From contig CBDCSU010000006.1 of assembly GCA_965221775.1 (NCBI GenBank), positions 1,120,001 through 1,184,000 of the forward strand: a stretch of DNA of 64,000 nt, given 5' to 3'. How positions within the stretch are numbered: the stretch's first letter is position 1; each line of letters opens with the position of its first letter. This DNA is from Candidatus Latescibacterota bacterium. GTDB lineage: Bacteria; Latescibacterota; UBA2968; UBA8231. Made by a program: the position numbers and the translations under genes. This document shows positions 37,042 to 48,239 of the stretch, one piece after another. The notes beneath the pieces are model-generated. The model was not told the DNA's origin and did no database searches. It saw only the letters and a list, made by a program, of their open reading frames with translations.

Positions 37042-38091
37042 ATGAGAGCCGCCGTCCTGACAGAGTTCGGCGCGCCTCTGCGGGTGCGGGAGCTGCCCCA
37101 GCCAGAGCCGACGCCCGAGTCCGCCGTGGTCCGCGTCGAGGCCTGCGGGATCTGCCGCAGCGACTGGCACGCCTGGCGCGGCGACTGGCCGTCGGTGGAA
37201 CCGCCCAGGGTGCTGGGCCACGAGCTCGGCGGTGTCGTGGAGGAGGTCGGCGCCGGGGTCCGCTCCTTCGGCGCCGGCGACCGCGTGACCCTGCCCTTCC
37301 ACATGGCCTGCGGCCACTGCGAGCACTGCTTCGGCGGCCGCTCCAACATCTGCAAGGCCAACGGCGTCATCGGCATCACCTTCGACGGCGGCTACGGCCG
37401 CTACGTGCGCGTGCCGGCGGCCGAGGCCAACCTCGTGCGCCTGCCCGAGGAGGTGGACTTCCTCAGCGCCGCGGCCCTCGGATGCCGCTACATGACCGCC
37501 TGGCACGGCCTCGTCGACCGCGCCCGGCTGGCCCCCGGCGAGTGGGTGGCGGTCTTCGGGGCCGGCGGCATCGGGCTCTCGGCGGTGCAGATCGCCTCCG
37601 CCCTGGGGGCCCGCGTGATCGCCGTGGACATCGACGAAGCCAAGCTCGCCCGCGCCCGCGAGGAAGGAGCCGTCGCCGGTGTCGACGCCCGTGGCTGCGA
37701 CGCCGCGGAAGCGGTGCGCGATCTCTGCGGCGGCGGCGCCGATCTCAGCCTCGACGCCCTCGGCTCGTCGAAGACCGCCCTCCCCGGTCTGGCCAGCCTG
37801 CGCAAGGGCGCCCGTCACCTGCAGATCGGCATGTCGACGCCGGAGGAGGAGGCGCAGGAGGGCCACATGGCCCTGCCCGTGGACGACATGATCCGCAACG
37901 AGATCAGCTTCGTCACCAGCCTTGGGTGTCCCACCACCGGCTACCCCGGCCTGCTGGCCCTGGTCGCCTCGGGCCGGCTCGAGCCGCGGCGGCTGGTCAG
38001 CTCCACGGTGAGCGTCGACGCGGCCGGCAGCGTGCTGGCGGAGATGACCGGCTTCGGCACGCTCGGCTTCACCGTCATCGACACCTGGTGA
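37042..38091 (+). CDS. Zn-dependent alcohol dehydrogenase family (MDR)
   Basis: CGICRSD, GHE, CGHCEHC...C structural Zn site, GAGGIG. Confidence 0.93.
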   Translation: MRAAVLTEFGAPLRVRELPQPEPTPESAVVRVEACGICRSDWHAWRGDWPSVEPPRVLGHELGGVVEEVGAGVRSFGAGDRVTLPFHMACGHCEHCFGGRSNICKANGVIGITFDGGYGRYVRVPAAEANLVRLPEEVDFLSAAALGCRYMTAWHGLVDRARLAPGEWVAVFGAGGIGLSAVQIASALGARVIAVDIDEAKLARAREEGAVAGVDARGCDAAEAVRDLCGGGADLSLDALGSSKTALPGLASLRKGARHLQIGMSTPEEEAQEGHMALPVDDMIRNEISFVTSLGCPTTGYPGLLALVASGRLEPRRLVSSTVSVDAAGSVLAEMTGFGTLGFTVIDTW

Positions 38092-38174
38092 TCCCCGGCC
38101 TCGGCTGATCCCTCCCGCGCCGGTCTCGCCATGCAAGGCAGGCTCCCCCCTGCGGCTGGCCCCTCCGGCGCGGC

Positions 38175-39299
38175 TCAACTCCGCACGAACTCCAGCAACC
38201 GCCGCACGTAGGCGTCGTTTCCGTAGCGGCCGAGGATCCGGCGCCGGGCGGCCCGGCCCGCCGCCTCGCGCTCGGCTTCGTGACGCAGCCACCAGGCGGC
38301 CTTGTCGCGCAGCTCCTCCACCGTCTCCCACGTGTCGATCTCGCGGCCGATGTCGAACTCCTCCTCCATCCCCTCCACGTAGTCGGTGAGCATGAAGCCG
38401 CCGGAGCCGGTGATCGCCGTGTCGCGCTGGTTCAGGTAGCCGCGGGAGCGGGGCGAGTTGTGCTGGTTGACGTTGATCTTCGCCGCCCGGTAGACCCCGG
38501 GCAGCTCGCGGTAGGTGCGGAACCCGCGGTAGCACGAGCGCGGGATGCCGGCGAAGGTGCCGAAGCCAAGACCGCCGTAGACGTGGGTGCGGCCGAGGGC
38601 CGCCACCGTGGCGACCACGTCCTGGCGCAGGACTCGCTGTTCGGGAAAGCCGATGGGATGGGTGATGCGCTCCACCGGGTCCGGCGAGGTCAGGTACGCC
38701 TCTCCGTCGCTGTCGCCGCGGGCATAGATGGAGAGGATGGTGACCGAGAAGTCGCACGCCTCGTGGGGGGCGGGTTCGGCCACGGCGTGGAGCTGGCGGG
38801 CCGGCGGCGGATAGAGGACGATGGCCCGGATCCCCCTCTCGCGGTAGACCTCGATGCTCTCCTTGCAGCAGGTGACGACGAACTCGAACTCGCGGGAGTA
38901 CTCGGGATGGCGGATCGCGTCCCAGGGGTCGTCCTGGGTGTGGGTCACCGTCTTCAGCCAGGGGAACCGCCGCCGCAGGGAGGCGATGAGCCCCGGGGGG
39001 CAGTCGTCCTTGCTGAACCACCACAGCAGCAGCTCCGGCCGGTGCTCCTCCACGAGCCCGGCCAGCCCCTCCTCGAAGGCGCCCGCATCGGCGTAGCGCA
39101 GGTCCCAGCGCTCCGGCGCCGGGATGCGGTCCGCCTCCTCCGCGGCGAGCAGGACATCCCGCTCCCGGTGGGCCTCGATGCATCCCCGGCTGGGCGCGTA
39201 GATCACCTGAAGGCCGGCGGCCTCGAACCCCTGGTGGATGCTCCACAGGGACTGCCCGGGGGCGAACCCCCCCACGAGCAGCACGCCTTCAGATCTCAT
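38175..39299 (-). CDS. glycosyltransferase (CgeB / Glyco_trans_1_2-like)
   Basis: DDP motif, YRAAKININ-like YRAAKINVNQH, NQR, GGFMLTD...F..G.E, C-terminal H..ERE..GRAAR. Start placed at ATG 39299. Confidence 0.8.
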   Translation of the reverse strand: MRSEGVLLVGGFAPGQSLWSIHQGFEAAGLQVIYAPSRGCIEAHRERDVLLAAEEADRIPAPERWDLRYADAGAFEEGLAGLVEEHRPELLLWWFSKDDCPPGLIASLRRRFPWLKTVTHTQDDPWDAIRHPEYSREFEFVVTCCKESIEVYRERGIRAIVLYPPPARQLHAVAEPAPHEACDFSVTILSIYARGDSDGEAYLTSPDPVERITHPIGFPEQRVLRQDVVATVAALGRTHVYGGLGFGTFAGIPRSCYRGFRTYRELPGVYRAAKINVNQHNSPRSRGYLNQRDTAITGSGGFMLTDYVEGMEEEFDIGREIDTWETVEELRDKAAWWLRHEAEREAAGRAARRRILGRYGNDAYVRRLLEFVRS

Positions 39300-39391
39300 C
39301 CAAGTATGGATGGGCTTCGCTTGGCCGCATCGACATATAGCCGGAGTCCATTGATGTCCGCTCACGCGCCGATAGATCAACTTCACTACGA

Positions 39392-40561
39392 CTACATGCC
39401 CGCGGGTCCCAACTGGATGTCGCGCGTGTGATACGCACGCAACGCTCGCTCACCATCAGCTTCGTAGTAGATGATGATAGAGTGCTGACGTGACTCGTCC
39501 GTGGCTGCCTCATACTCTGCAACCCACCGCTCGATGCGCGCCTGGGCGGAGTTGAAGTCCTTGCGACTGGCCCGCACGGTCTGCATCCTAGTGGCCAGCT
39601 CTCCTCGGAAGAGAGGACGCCAGCGGGGGAAGTACGACCACATTGACGTGGCCAAGTTTAGGTTCGCCTTCAGTCTCCTGTGGAAGACTCCGACTGGGTC
39701 GGCATGGAGAACCTGCCGGAAGTCCTCGACATAACGTTCGATCTTCTCCTGCAACCGTGAGTGGCGGAACTCGACGACATCGGGATCGTCCTGTAGCGCC
39801 AAGTACAACTGTAGGACGTCGGTCTGGATGTCGTACACACTTGCCAAGAAGAACCGATTGAGACCCGACACCACCGACTTGGCGTCGCCTTCCGAATGAA
39901 CCTCCCCGGCTATCAAGAGTCCGTACTTGGAGCGCAGCAGACTCACATCATGGCCGATCCTTGACAGCCTGTCCGGCATGTCGCTGGCAAACCGTCGACA
40001 GTGTTCGAACTCGGATCGTATTTCATCGATCTGTTCCGCCGCGGTCTCGAACCGGGCATAGTCTTCGGCGTCCAAAAGGCGACGTATGCGCTCTACCACC
40101 TCGGAAAGTCGGCCGAGAGTCCTCTGCGCCTTATCGAGGCGTGCGCACATGATCACCGACGAGACGGTCGTGAAGAGCATGACGGGTGCCATAACCGGGA
40201 TCAGGGCACCTTTGGCGGCAACGAACGGCGCATGCTTGACAATCTTGCCCCCCATGCCCTTGACTGCCGAAGTGAGCCCGCCACGGATGGTCATCAGCGT
40301 CTTGGGATCGGCGGTCGCCAAGAAGACGTTGCCGGCCTTAAGGGACGACGCAGCCAAACTCCCGGCCCCAAGCAACGGGAGCAGCGAGGCGCTGTCCATG
40401 ACTCCGCCGGATTCGAACGGTTGATCCGTGGACCATGATGCTCGCAAGGCTGCACTGGCATCTCGGCCGAGGTCGATAACGGCAATCGAGCGTCCCTCGT
40501 GCGTCAGTATCTGGCCAATGGGGTCGTGCGGTGTATCCTGTTGAAGACCGAGACTGTCCAT
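39392..40561 (-). CDS. hypothetical helical protein, lower GC
   Basis: Long ORF with SD AGAGGA before ATG 40561. Hydrophobic segment followed by a helical region. No family recognised. Confidence 0.7.
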   Translation of the reverse strand: MDSLGLQQDTPHDPIGQILTHEGRSIAVIDLGRDASAALRASWSTDQPFESGGVMDSASLLPLLGAGSLAASSLKAGNVFLATADPKTLMTIRGGLTSAVKGMGGKIVKHAPFVAAKGALIPVMAPVMLFTTVSSVIMCARLDKAQRTLGRLSEVVERIRRLLDAEDYARFETAAEQIDEIRSEFEHCRRFASDMPDRLSRIGHDVSLLRSKYGLLIAGEVHSEGDAKSVVSGLNRFFLASVYDIQTDVLQLYLALQDDPDVVEFRHSRLQEKIERYVEDFRQVLHADPVGVFHRRLKANLNLATSMWSYFPRWRPLFRGELATRMQTVRASRKDFNSAQARIERWVAEYEAATDESRQHSIIIYYEADGERALRAYHTRDIQLGPAGM

Positions 40562-40735
40562 GCGTCCTCTTGATGTTCTCCCCGAAACGAACCGTTCGCC
40601 TAGAGCCAAAGAGCACAATCATGTCCCGCTTGCCGTGCTCACGCAAATGGAGGTGCCCTCCGCGGGCTGGACAGTGTGGAATCCAATGAGGTACCGAATA
40701 CTGAGGCCCCCCCAGAATTGGCTATTGCCCATCCA

Positions 40736-41608
40736 CTATGAAGGCAACGAAACACACGCAACGTCCGCGGCCTTCTCCACGGCCAAGCGCGACTGCCGGC
40801 AGTACTCGGGATCGGTCTCGAAGCCGGCGAAGTCGATCCCCAGCTCGACGCAGGCCACCGCCGAGGCGCCGATGCCGAGGAAGGGGTCCATCACCCGGCA
40901 CACCCGCTCCAGGCCGTGGAGGCGCACGCACATGCGCGGGATCTTCACCGGGAAGGCCGCCGGGTGCGGCCGCTGCTGATCGCGGCTGCGGATGGTGCGG
41001 TAGGGGACGAACCAGGTGTTACCGCGGCAGCGGCGGTCTTCCTCGACGCTGTTCCAGCGCGCCACGTTCGACTTGTCCTGGTACTCGACGCCCACCGCCA
41101 GCCGGTCGATGGGGACGTCGCCTCTCTTGGTGAGGTGGAAGATGTACTCGTGGCAGTCGTTGACGTAGCGGCGGCTCTGGATCGGCTTGAAGTGGCCCAC
41201 GGAGACGTTGCCCTCGATGCCGGGGTAGCGGCCCACGTCCTCCTTCTCGATGGCGATCGACTTGACCCAGTGGAAGACGTTCTGCAGCTCGAAGTGCCGG
41301 CGCATCTCGAGGAGAACCTCGAAGGGGCCCCAGGGGTCGGAGGGCTTGCCGCCGATGTTGAGGAAGAGGGAGCCCGCGTCGCTCAGGACCTCGCCCACCG
41401 CCGCCGCCCACTCCCCCATCCAGCGCACGTACTCCCGGCGCGAGCCGGAGTCGTCGTAGCCGCGGTAGCGTGTGCCCAGGTTGTAGGGAGGCGAGGTGAC
41501 CACCACGTCGACGCTGCCGGCGCCGAGGCGCCGGCCCATGTTGGCGACACAGTCCTCACACCAGACGTCGACGGCGCGGCCGCCGGCCTCGACGTGGAAC
41601 CCCGCCAT
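40736..41608 (-). CDS. site-specific DNA methyltransferase (N4/N6, beta class)
   Basis: VVTSPPYN before HPAAFP and MDPFLGIG. ATG 41608 overlaps the ggt stop (TGATG). Confidence 0.9.
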   Translation of the reverse strand: MAGFHVEAGGRAVDVWCEDCVANMGRRLGAGSVDVVVTSPPYNLGTRYRGYDDSGSRREYVRWMGEWAAAVGEVLSDAGSLFLNIGGKPSDPWGPFEVLLEMRRHFELQNVFHWVKSIAIEKEDVGRYPGIEGNVSVGHFKPIQSRRYVNDCHEYIFHLTKRGDVPIDRLAVGVEYQDKSNVARWNSVEEDRRCRGNTWFVPYRTIRSRDQQRPHPAAFPVKIPRMCVRLHGLERVCRVMDPFLGIGASAVACVELGIDFAGFETDPEYCRQSRLAVEKAADVACVSLPS

Positions 41609-43242
41609 CAGCAGCCGAGGGCGTAGCCGTCCCGGCGCGGGTCGGCGCCCCCCATGAAGGCGCCGGAGTCGGGATCGACGTGGATGCCCTGGCCGCCGCC
41701 GACGCCGGGGGACCAGTCCCCGAGGTGGTGGATCTCGTGGCCGCGGCGCTCCAGCTCGGCGAGCACCTCCGCGGGCACCCGCGACTCGGCTTCGACCCGG
41801 TGCGTCCGTGTCGCCTTGAGGCGCGGCGCCTCGATGGCGGCCTGCACGTTCATGCCGTGGTCGAGGACGTTCATGATCATCTGCGGCGTCGTCTGCAGGA
41901 TGCCGTACGACCCCGGCGTGCCGATGAGCAGGCGCAGGCCGTCGGCGTCCCACACCTGCGCCGGCGAGACGCACATCTCGTTCTTCTTCGACGGCCCGAT
42001 GGCGTTGGGGCTGCCTTCGACGGCATCGAACCAGTTCATGAAGTTGTTCAGCGCCACCCCCGTGCCCGGCACGACCATGGCCGACCCGAAGCCGGAGCCC
42101 AGGCTCTGGGTGCAGGCCACGGCGTTGCCGTCGGCGTCGATCGTGTCGAAGTGGGTGGTGCACTCGGTCTTGGTCCAGGCTCTCGGATCTCCGGCGCCGA
42201 CCTCGCCTTCCTGGGGATCGGGCCGGAAGGTGTCGCCCATGTGGACGGCGGCCTGCGGCCCGATCCGGCGCCGGCGCTCGGCGGCGTAGCCCTCGGACAG
42301 CAGGCCGGCGGTGGGCGGATCGTCGATGGCGGTGTAGTGGATGCGGTCGGTGCAGGCCAGCTTCACCGCCTCGATGAAGGTGTGCAGCGTCTCCGCCGTG
42401 TTGTGGCCCATGGCGCCGATGTCGAAGCCCTCGAGGATCTTGAGGGTCTCCAGGTACTGCACGGCCTGGCAGGGCGGCGGCGGCGCGTAGATCGTCCAGT
42501 CGCGGTAGCCGACGCCCACGGGGTCGAGCCAGGCGGGCTCGTTGGCGGCCAGGTCCTCCTTGGTGAGCAGGCCTCCGCTCTCGGCCATGTGGGCGGCGAT
42601 GGCGTCGCCGATGGCGCCGCCGTAGAAGACGTCGGGACCCTCTGCCGCGACGGTGCGGAAGGTCTGCGCCAGGTCCTGCTGCACGAGGACGCCCCCCGGA
42701 CCGGGGCTGTGTCCGTCCACGAGGTAGGTCCTCGCCGACTCCGGGAACCGCCGCAGCCCCGAGGCGCACGACTCGAAGAACCAGTCGTTCTTGACGGTGA
42801 GGGGGAAGCCGCCCTCGGCCAGCTCGATGGCGGGAGCGAAGACCGCGGAAGCGTCCATGGAGCCGTAACGCCGCAGGGCCTCCATCCAGCCGGCGCAGGC
42901 GCCGGGGACGAGAGGGGACATGGGCCCGAGGGACTGCTGCTCGCGCTCGGTGTAGAGGGAGAGGTCGGCGGCGGCCGGCGTCAGGCCCACGTAGTCGCAG
43001 ACCTTGTGCTCGCCGTCGCGGGCCGAGTAGATGTGCATGTAGCCGACGCCGCCGATGCCGGACATGTACGGCTCGGCCACGTTGAGGGCGGCGGCGGTGG
43101 CCACGGCGGCGTCGATGGCGTTGCCCCCCTCCAGCAGGACGCGGACGCCCGCCAGGGAGGCCAGTGGATGGGCGGCGGCCACGAGACCGCGGCGTCCGGT
43201 TACAGTGGAGCGGTGGGAGAGTCCATGGGAGGGGAAAGCCAT
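41608..43242 (-). CDS. ggt: gamma-glutamyltransferase
   Basis: GGNAIDAAVA, EPYMSGIGG, TTH nucleophile, GTPG, GADPRRDG. Start placed at ATG 43242. Confidence 0.93.
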   Translation of the reverse strand: MAFPSHGLSHRSTVTGRRGLVAAAHPLASLAGVRVLLEGGNAIDAAVATAAALNVAEPYMSGIGGVGYMHIYSARDGEHKVCDYVGLTPAAADLSLYTEREQQSLGPMSPLVPGACAGWMEALRRYGSMDASAVFAPAIELAEGGFPLTVKNDWFFESCASGLRRFPESARTYLVDGHSPGPGGVLVQQDLAQTFRTVAAEGPDVFYGGAIGDAIAAHMAESGGLLTKEDLAANEPAWLDPVGVGYRDWTIYAPPPPCQAVQYLETLKILEGFDIGAMGHNTAETLHTFIEAVKLACTDRIHYTAIDDPPTAGLLSEGYAAERRRRIGPQAAVHMGDTFRPDPQEGEVGAGDPRAWTKTECTTHFDTIDADGNAVACTQSLGSGFGSAMVVPGTGVALNNFMNWFDAVEGSPNAIGPSKKNEMCVSPAQVWDADGLRLLIGTPGSYGILQTTPQMIMNVLDHGMNVQAAIEAPRLKATRTHRVEAESRVPAEVLAELERRGHEIHHLGDWSPGVGGGQGIHVDPDSGAFMGGADPRRDGYALGC

Positions 43243-43340
43243 TCGACAGTTTTCTCCGGCTCGGTTAGGTTTCCCGGGCCGTCGGGGCCCGGCGGCGTGA
43301 GAGGATAAGCAAGGACCACCCGAGGGAGCCAACACCGGAC

Positions 43341-44396
43341 ATGGACCGCACCGTCGACCTGCGCAGCGACACGATCACCCGTCCCACGGACGAGATGTGG
43401 GAAGCGATGCACCACGCCGACGTCGGCGACGACGTGTACGGCGAGGACCCCACCGTGCAGCGCCTCCAGGAGCTGGGGGCCGAGCTCATGGGGAAGGAGG
43501 CGGGGCTGTTCCTGCCCTCCGGCACCATGGCCAACACCGCCGCCCTGCTGGCCCACACCCGCTACGGCGACGAGATGGTCGTCGAGGAGCTGGCCCACCT
43601 CTACTGCTGGGAGGCGGGGGCCTACTCCAGCATCGCGGGGCTGGCGACGCGCCCGGTGCGCGGCGACCAGGGGATCTTCACGGCGGAGCAGTTCGAGGCC
43701 GTCCTGCGGCCGCCGAACCCCCACTTTCCCAAGACCAGCCTCCTGTGCCTGGAGAACACCCACAACAACGCCGCCGGCGCCGTGTGGAACCCCGAGGAGA
43801 CGGCCGAGGTGGCCCTCGCCGCCCGCGACCACGGCCTGCGCATCCACCTCGACGGGGCGCGCCTGTTCAACGCCGCCGTCGCCCTCGGCGTCGACGCCAA
43901 GGAGCTGACCGCCCACGTCGACTCGGTGACGTTCTGCGTCTCCAAGGGCCTGAGCGCGCCCGTGGGCTCGGTCCTGTGCGGATCCCGCGCCTTCATCGAA
44001 GAGGCCTACCGCGCCCGCAAGCGCCTCGGGGGCGCCATGCGCCAGGCCGGCATCATGGCCGCCGCCGGCATCGTCGCCCTCGAGACGATGGTCGACCGCC
44101 TCGCCGAGGACCACGAGACGGCGCGCGGCCTGGCCGAGGGCCTCAACGCCATCGAAGGCGTCACCGCGGTGCGGGCCCCGCGGCCGACGAACATCCTCAT
44201 GGTCGACGTGGGCGGCCTCGGCTGGTCGACGGCCGACCTCATCGACCGCTGGAAGGCGCTCGGCATCAAGTGCAATCCGCGCCCCCCCACCCGGGTGCGG
44301 CTGGTGACCAACCGCCACGTCACCCTCGACGACGTGGACTACGTCCTCGACACCACCCGCCAGATGCTGCGCAGCGAGGCCGTCGCCGTCCGGTGA
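43341..44396 (+). CDS. ltaE: low-specificity L-threonine aldolase
   Basis: [41 protein letters not shown] (PLP lysine). Confidence 0.93.
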   Translation: MDRTVDLRSDTITRPTDEMWEAMHHADVGDDVYGEDPTVQRLQELGAELMGKEAGLFLPSGTMANTAALLAHTRYGDEMVVEELAHLYCWEAGAYSSIAGLATRPVRGDQGIFTAEQFEAVLRPPNPHFPKTSLLCLENTHNNAAGAVWNPEETAEVALAARDHGLRIHLDGARLFNAAVALGVDAKELTAHVDSVTFCVSKGLSAPVGSVLCGSRAFIEEAYRARKRLGGAMRQAGIMAAAGIVALETMVDRLAEDHETARGLAEGLNAIEGVTAVRAPRPTNILMVDVGGLGWSTADLIDRWKALGIKCNPRPPTRVRLVTNRHVTLDDVDYVLDTTRQMLRSEAVAVR

Positions 44397-46711
44397 CCGC
44401 CCGGGCGGCGCTTCTGGCGGCCGCTTTCGCCACCGCCTGCGACGGCTCTTCCGGGCCCTCCACCGGCGCCGCCAACCGGCTGGCCGGCGAGACCAGCCCC
44501 TACCTCCTGCTCCACGCCGGCAACCCCGTCGACTGGTACCCCTGGGGACCGGAGGCGCTGGCCCTCGCCCGGCGCGAGGACCGGCCGATCTTCCTCTCCG
44601 TGGGCTACTCCACCTGCTACTGGTGCCACGTCATGGAGCGCGAGGTGTTCTCCGACCCGGAGATCGCCGCCGTGATGAACGCGGGGTTCGTCAACATCAA
44701 GGTCGACCGCGAGGAGCGCCCCGACCTGGACGCGGTCTACATGACGGCGACGCAGATCCTGGCCCGGCACGGAGGCTGGCCCAACTCGGTCTTCCTCACC
44801 CCCGCGCTGGAGCCGTTCTTCGCCGGCACCTACTTCCCGCCGCGCGACCTCCCGGGGCGGCCCGGCTTCCCGCGGGTCCTGGAGGAGCTGCGCACCGCCT
44901 GGGACGAACGCCGGCCGGAGGTGGAGCAGGTGGCCTCGGAAGTGGCCGAGCGCATCCGCCGGGCCCAGGCGATGGCGGGGGAGCCGCGCGAGCCCGGGGC
45001 CGGCGTGGCGGCGGTGGCGGTGGAGCGGCTCAAGGCCCTCTACGACAGCGACAACGGCGGCTTCGGCGGAGCCCCCAAGTTCCCGCCCACCATGCGCCTG
45101 GAGCTGCTGCGGCAAGTCGACGCCGAGGAAGGGGACGCCGAGGCGGGGCGCATCCTCCGCCACTCCCTGGAGGCGATGGCCAGGGGCGGGATCCACGACC
45201 ACGTGGGCGGCGGCTTCCACCGCTACGCCACCGACGCCCGCTGGCGCGTGCCCCACTTCGAGAAGATGCTCTACAACCAGGCACAGATGCTGCGCCTCTA
45301 CGCCCGCGCCTACCGGTCCACCGGGGACGAGCGCTGGCGGCGGGTGGCCGAGGGGATCCTGCGCTACGTCCGCCGCGAGATGACCTCGGAGGACGGGGCC
45401 TACCTCTCGGCCCTGGACGCCGAGTCCGAGCACGTGGAGGGCAAGTACTACACGTGGACGGAGGAGGAGGTCCGCGAGGCCCTGGGGTCCGCGGCGGCCG
45501 ACACCCTGCTCGCCGTGTACGGCCTGGCCCCGGTGCCGGAGGGTGAAGGCGGCGCCCTCTACCAGCGCACCGACATCGATTCGGCGGCGGCAGCCCTCGG
45601 CGTCGGGGAGGCGGCGTTGCGCGCCTCCCTGGAGGCCTCGCTCCGGCGCCTGCACCAGGCCCGCCGGTCGCGCACCTATCCGCTGCTCGACGACAAGGTG
45701 ATCACCGCCTGGAACGGCATGATGATCGCCGCCGCCGCCGAGGCGGGAGCCGTCCTCGGCGACGAGGCCGCCATCGCCGAGGCCGAAGCGGCGGCCCGGT
45801 TCGTGCTGGAGCACCTGCGCGAGGGTGATGACCTGTACCGCGTCCATCGCGCCGGCTCCTCCCGCTACGAGGGATACCTGGAGGACCATGCCCACCTCGC
45901 CGACGGCCTGCTGGCCCTGCACCGGGCCGGCGGCCAGCCGCGGTGGCTGGCCGAGGCGCGGTCGGTGGCCGACGCCATGATCGAGCGCTTCCGCGACGCC
46001 GACGGCGGCGGCGGGTTCTTCTTCACCACCGGGGGGCGGGACCTGATCGCCCGCAGCAAGATCGCCTACGACGGCGCCCTGCCGTCGGCCAACGCCGTGG
46101 CCGCGCGGGTGCTTCTGGAGCTGGGGGAGGCGACCCGGCAGGAGCGTTACACGGAGGCGGCGGTGGAGTGCATGCGGGCCTTCGGCGGCAGCGTCGCCTC
46201 GGCGCCGGCGGGCCATGCGCACATGGTCACGGCCATGCGGGCCTGGCTGCGCTCCGGGGCCGCGGAACCCTCCCTCGCGGAGGTATCCGCCGCGCCGGCG
46301 GATTCCGTCGTCAAGGTGGCTTTCGCCCTCGACCGGGCACGGCTGGCCCCGGGGGAACCGGCCCTTCTCACGGTGAGTCTGGAAATCGCCGAGGGCTGGC
46401 ACGTCAACGCCAACCCGGCCGCGGCCGGTCTCGTGCCGACCACGGTGACGGTGAACCCCGGCAGCCTGGCCCTGCGCCAGGTCGACGTCGAGTACCCGCC
46501 CTCCCGGGCGCTGCCCTTCCCCTCCCTGGCCGAGACCCTGGAGGTCTGGGAAGGCCGGGTGGAGGTGGTGTCGCGGCTGGCGGCCGAGGAGGACGCACCG
46601 GCGGCCAACGGCGCCCTCCGCGCCGCCGTCCGCTACCAGGCCTGCGACGACGAGGTCTGCCTGCTTCCGGTGGAAGTGGTGGGCCGGGTCGCGGTGGCCA
46701 TAGGGGACTAG
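44393..46711 (+). CDS. thioredoxin-domain protein (DUF255/YyaL-like) lipoprotein with C-terminal DsbD-N-like domain
   Basis: GTG overlaps the ltaE stop. Lipobox [42 protein letters not shown]-terminal GWHVN...[12 protein letters not shown]. Confidence 0.88.
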   Translation: MTARAALLAAAFATACDGSSGPSTGAANRLAGETSPYLLLHAGNPVDWYPWGPEALALARREDRPIFLSVGYSTCYWCHVMEREVFSDPEIAAVMNAGFVNIKVDREERPDLDAVYMTATQILARHGGWPNSVFLTPALEPFFAGTYFPPRDLPGRPGFPRVLEELRTAWDERRPEVEQVASEVAERIRRAQAMAGEPREPGAGVAAVAVERLKALYDSDNGGFGGAPKFPPTMRLELLRQVDAEEGDAEAGRILRHSLEAMARGGIHDHVGGGFHRYATDARWRVPHFEKMLYNQAQMLRLYARAYRSTGDERWRRVAEGILRYVRREMTSEDGAYLSALDAESEHVEGKYYTWTEEEVREALGSAAADTLLAVYGLAPVPEGEGGALYQRTDIDSAAAALGVGEAALRASLEASLRRLHQARRSRTYPLLDDKVITAWNGMMIAAAAEAGAVLGDEAAIAEAEAAARFVLEHLREGDDLYRVHRAGSSRYEGYLEDHAHLADGLLALHRAGGQPRWLAEARSVADAMIERFRDADGGGGFFFTTGGRDLIARSKIAYDGALPSANAVAARVLLELGEATRQERYTEAAVECMRAFGGSVASAPAGHAHMVTAMRAWLRSGAAEPSLAEVSAAPADSVVKVAFALDRARLAPGEPALLTVSLEIAEGWHVNANPAAAGLVPTTVTVNPGSLALRQVDVEYPPSRALPFPSLAETLEVWEGRVEVVSRLAAEEDAPAANGALRAAVRYQACDDEVCLLPVEVVGRVAVAIGD

Positions 46712-46774
46712 GCCCGGGCTGCGGACCCCCCGGGTTCTCCCTACCTTACCGACCTTGAACGGAGCGGATACCCC

Positions 46775-48226
46775 ATGAAAACCCTGACCCGCTGTGCCAC
46801 CCTCTGCTGGCTCGCCGCCGCGCCCGCGTGGTCCGGCTCTCCCTTCCCCTTCGAGCACCTGGACCAGCTGACCGGGCACCTGCGCTCCGGCGGCCCTCCC
46901 ATCGACGGCATCCCGGCGGTGACCAACCCGGACTTCGCGCCGGCGTCCCGGATCGAGTACGTCCGCGACACGGACCTGGTCATCGGCGTCGTCCGCGGCG
47001 GCGAGGTGAAAGCCTATCCCGAGAACCTGGGCTGGTGGCACGAGATCATCAACGACCGGATCGGCGACGGATACATCTCCGTGACCTTGTGCCCGCTCAC
47101 CGGGACGCCCCAGGTCTTCGACGCCACCGCCGGGGACGGCAGCCAGATCGAGTTCGGCGTCTCGGGGCTGCTGATCAACTCCAACCTGGTGATGTACGAC
47201 CGCCGGGACGACACCACCCTCTACCCGCAGATGATCTACACCGGCATCAACGGCGACTACAAGGGCGAGCAGCTGGAGCTGCTGCCCGCCATCGAGACGA
47301 CCTTCGAGATGTGGAAGCGCATGTACCCCGACAGCGACGTGGCCCTCTGGGGCACCGGCCTCGACCGCTATTCCGCGACCCAGCAGAGCCGCTACTCCAA
47401 GCCGGCCCTCTTCGGCGACTATCCGTACGGCGACTACCGCACCAATCACAACTTCATCATCTTCCCCCCGACCACCCACACCCCGGACCTCTCCGTCTAC
47501 CTGTCGAAGGAGATCGTCCTGGGCATCTGCCTCGGAGACGAGCTGCGGGCCTATGCCTTCCGCGACATGGGGCCCGAGGCGGTGATCAACGACGACCTCG
47601 GCGGAGAGCCTCTCCTGGTGGTCTTTCACGAAGACTCCCAGACGGCCCTGCCCTACAGCCGTGAGATCGACGGACGGACCCTCACCTTCTACCAGGTCGA
47701 CCCCTCCGGCCCGCTGCCGGAGTTCCGCGACGCGGAGACGGGCACGACCTGGGATCTCCTCGGGCGCGCCGTCGCGGGTCCCCACGAGGGCCAACAGCTC
47801 ACGCAACTGCCGGCCTACAACTCCATGTGGTTCGCCTGGAGCACCTACTGGCCGGAGAGCACGGTCTGGCAGACCGGGGACGGGATCATCGACGAGCCGG
47901 AGGACACGGCGGTCCTGGAGCCCGAGGGCGAGGCCGTCCCCCGGAGCTTCGACCTGGGCCAGAACTACCCCAACCCCTTCAACCCGGGGACGCGCATCCG
48001 CTTCGCCCTGCCGGCTGACGGCGACGCCTCCCTCACGGTCTACAACGCCTTCGGCCAGCGGGTGCGCTCCCTGGCCGACGGCCGCCACCGCGCCGGCCGC
48101 TACGTGGTCGACTGGGACGGCACCGACGAGTCCGGCCGCGCCGTGGCCAGCGGCGTCTACCACTACCGCCTGGAGATGCCCGACCGCGGCCTGTCCGAGC
48201 AGCGGACGATGACCCTCGCCCGCTGA
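46775..48226 (+). CDS. DUF3179 domain protein with C-terminal FlgD-Ig / sorting-type domain
   Basis: Signal peptide, GGPPIDGIPA, HEIIND, CPLTG, FGVSGLL..SNLVMYDR, QNYPNPFNP...WDG. Confidence 0.85.
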   Translation: MKTLTRCATLCWLAAAPAWSGSPFPFEHLDQLTGHLRSGGPPIDGIPAVTNPDFAPASRIEYVRDTDLVIGVVRGGEVKAYPENLGWWHEIINDRIGDGYISVTLCPLTGTPQVFDATAGDGSQIEFGVSGLLINSNLVMYDRRDDTTLYPQMIYTGINGDYKGEQLELLPAIETTFEMWKRMYPDSDVALWGTGLDRYSATQQSRYSKPALFGDYPYGDYRTNHNFIIFPPTTHTPDLSVYLSKEIVLGICLGDELRAYAFRDMGPEAVINDDLGGEPLLVVFHEDSQTALPYSREIDGRTLTFYQVDPSGPLPEFRDAETGTTWDLLGRAVAGPHEGQQLTQLPAYNSMWFAWSTYWPESTVWQTGDGIIDEPEDTAVLEPEGEAVPRSFDLGQNYPNPFNPGTRIRFALPADGDASLTVYNAFGQRVRSLADGRHRAGRYVVDWDGTDESGRAVASGVYHYRLEMPDRGLSEQRTMTLAR

Positions 48227-48239
48227 GGATGCGCCCGCC

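Noticed and set aside
46775-48226. Selenoprotein form of DUF3179
   Set aside because: No in-frame TGA. The motif position is Cys (CPLTG).
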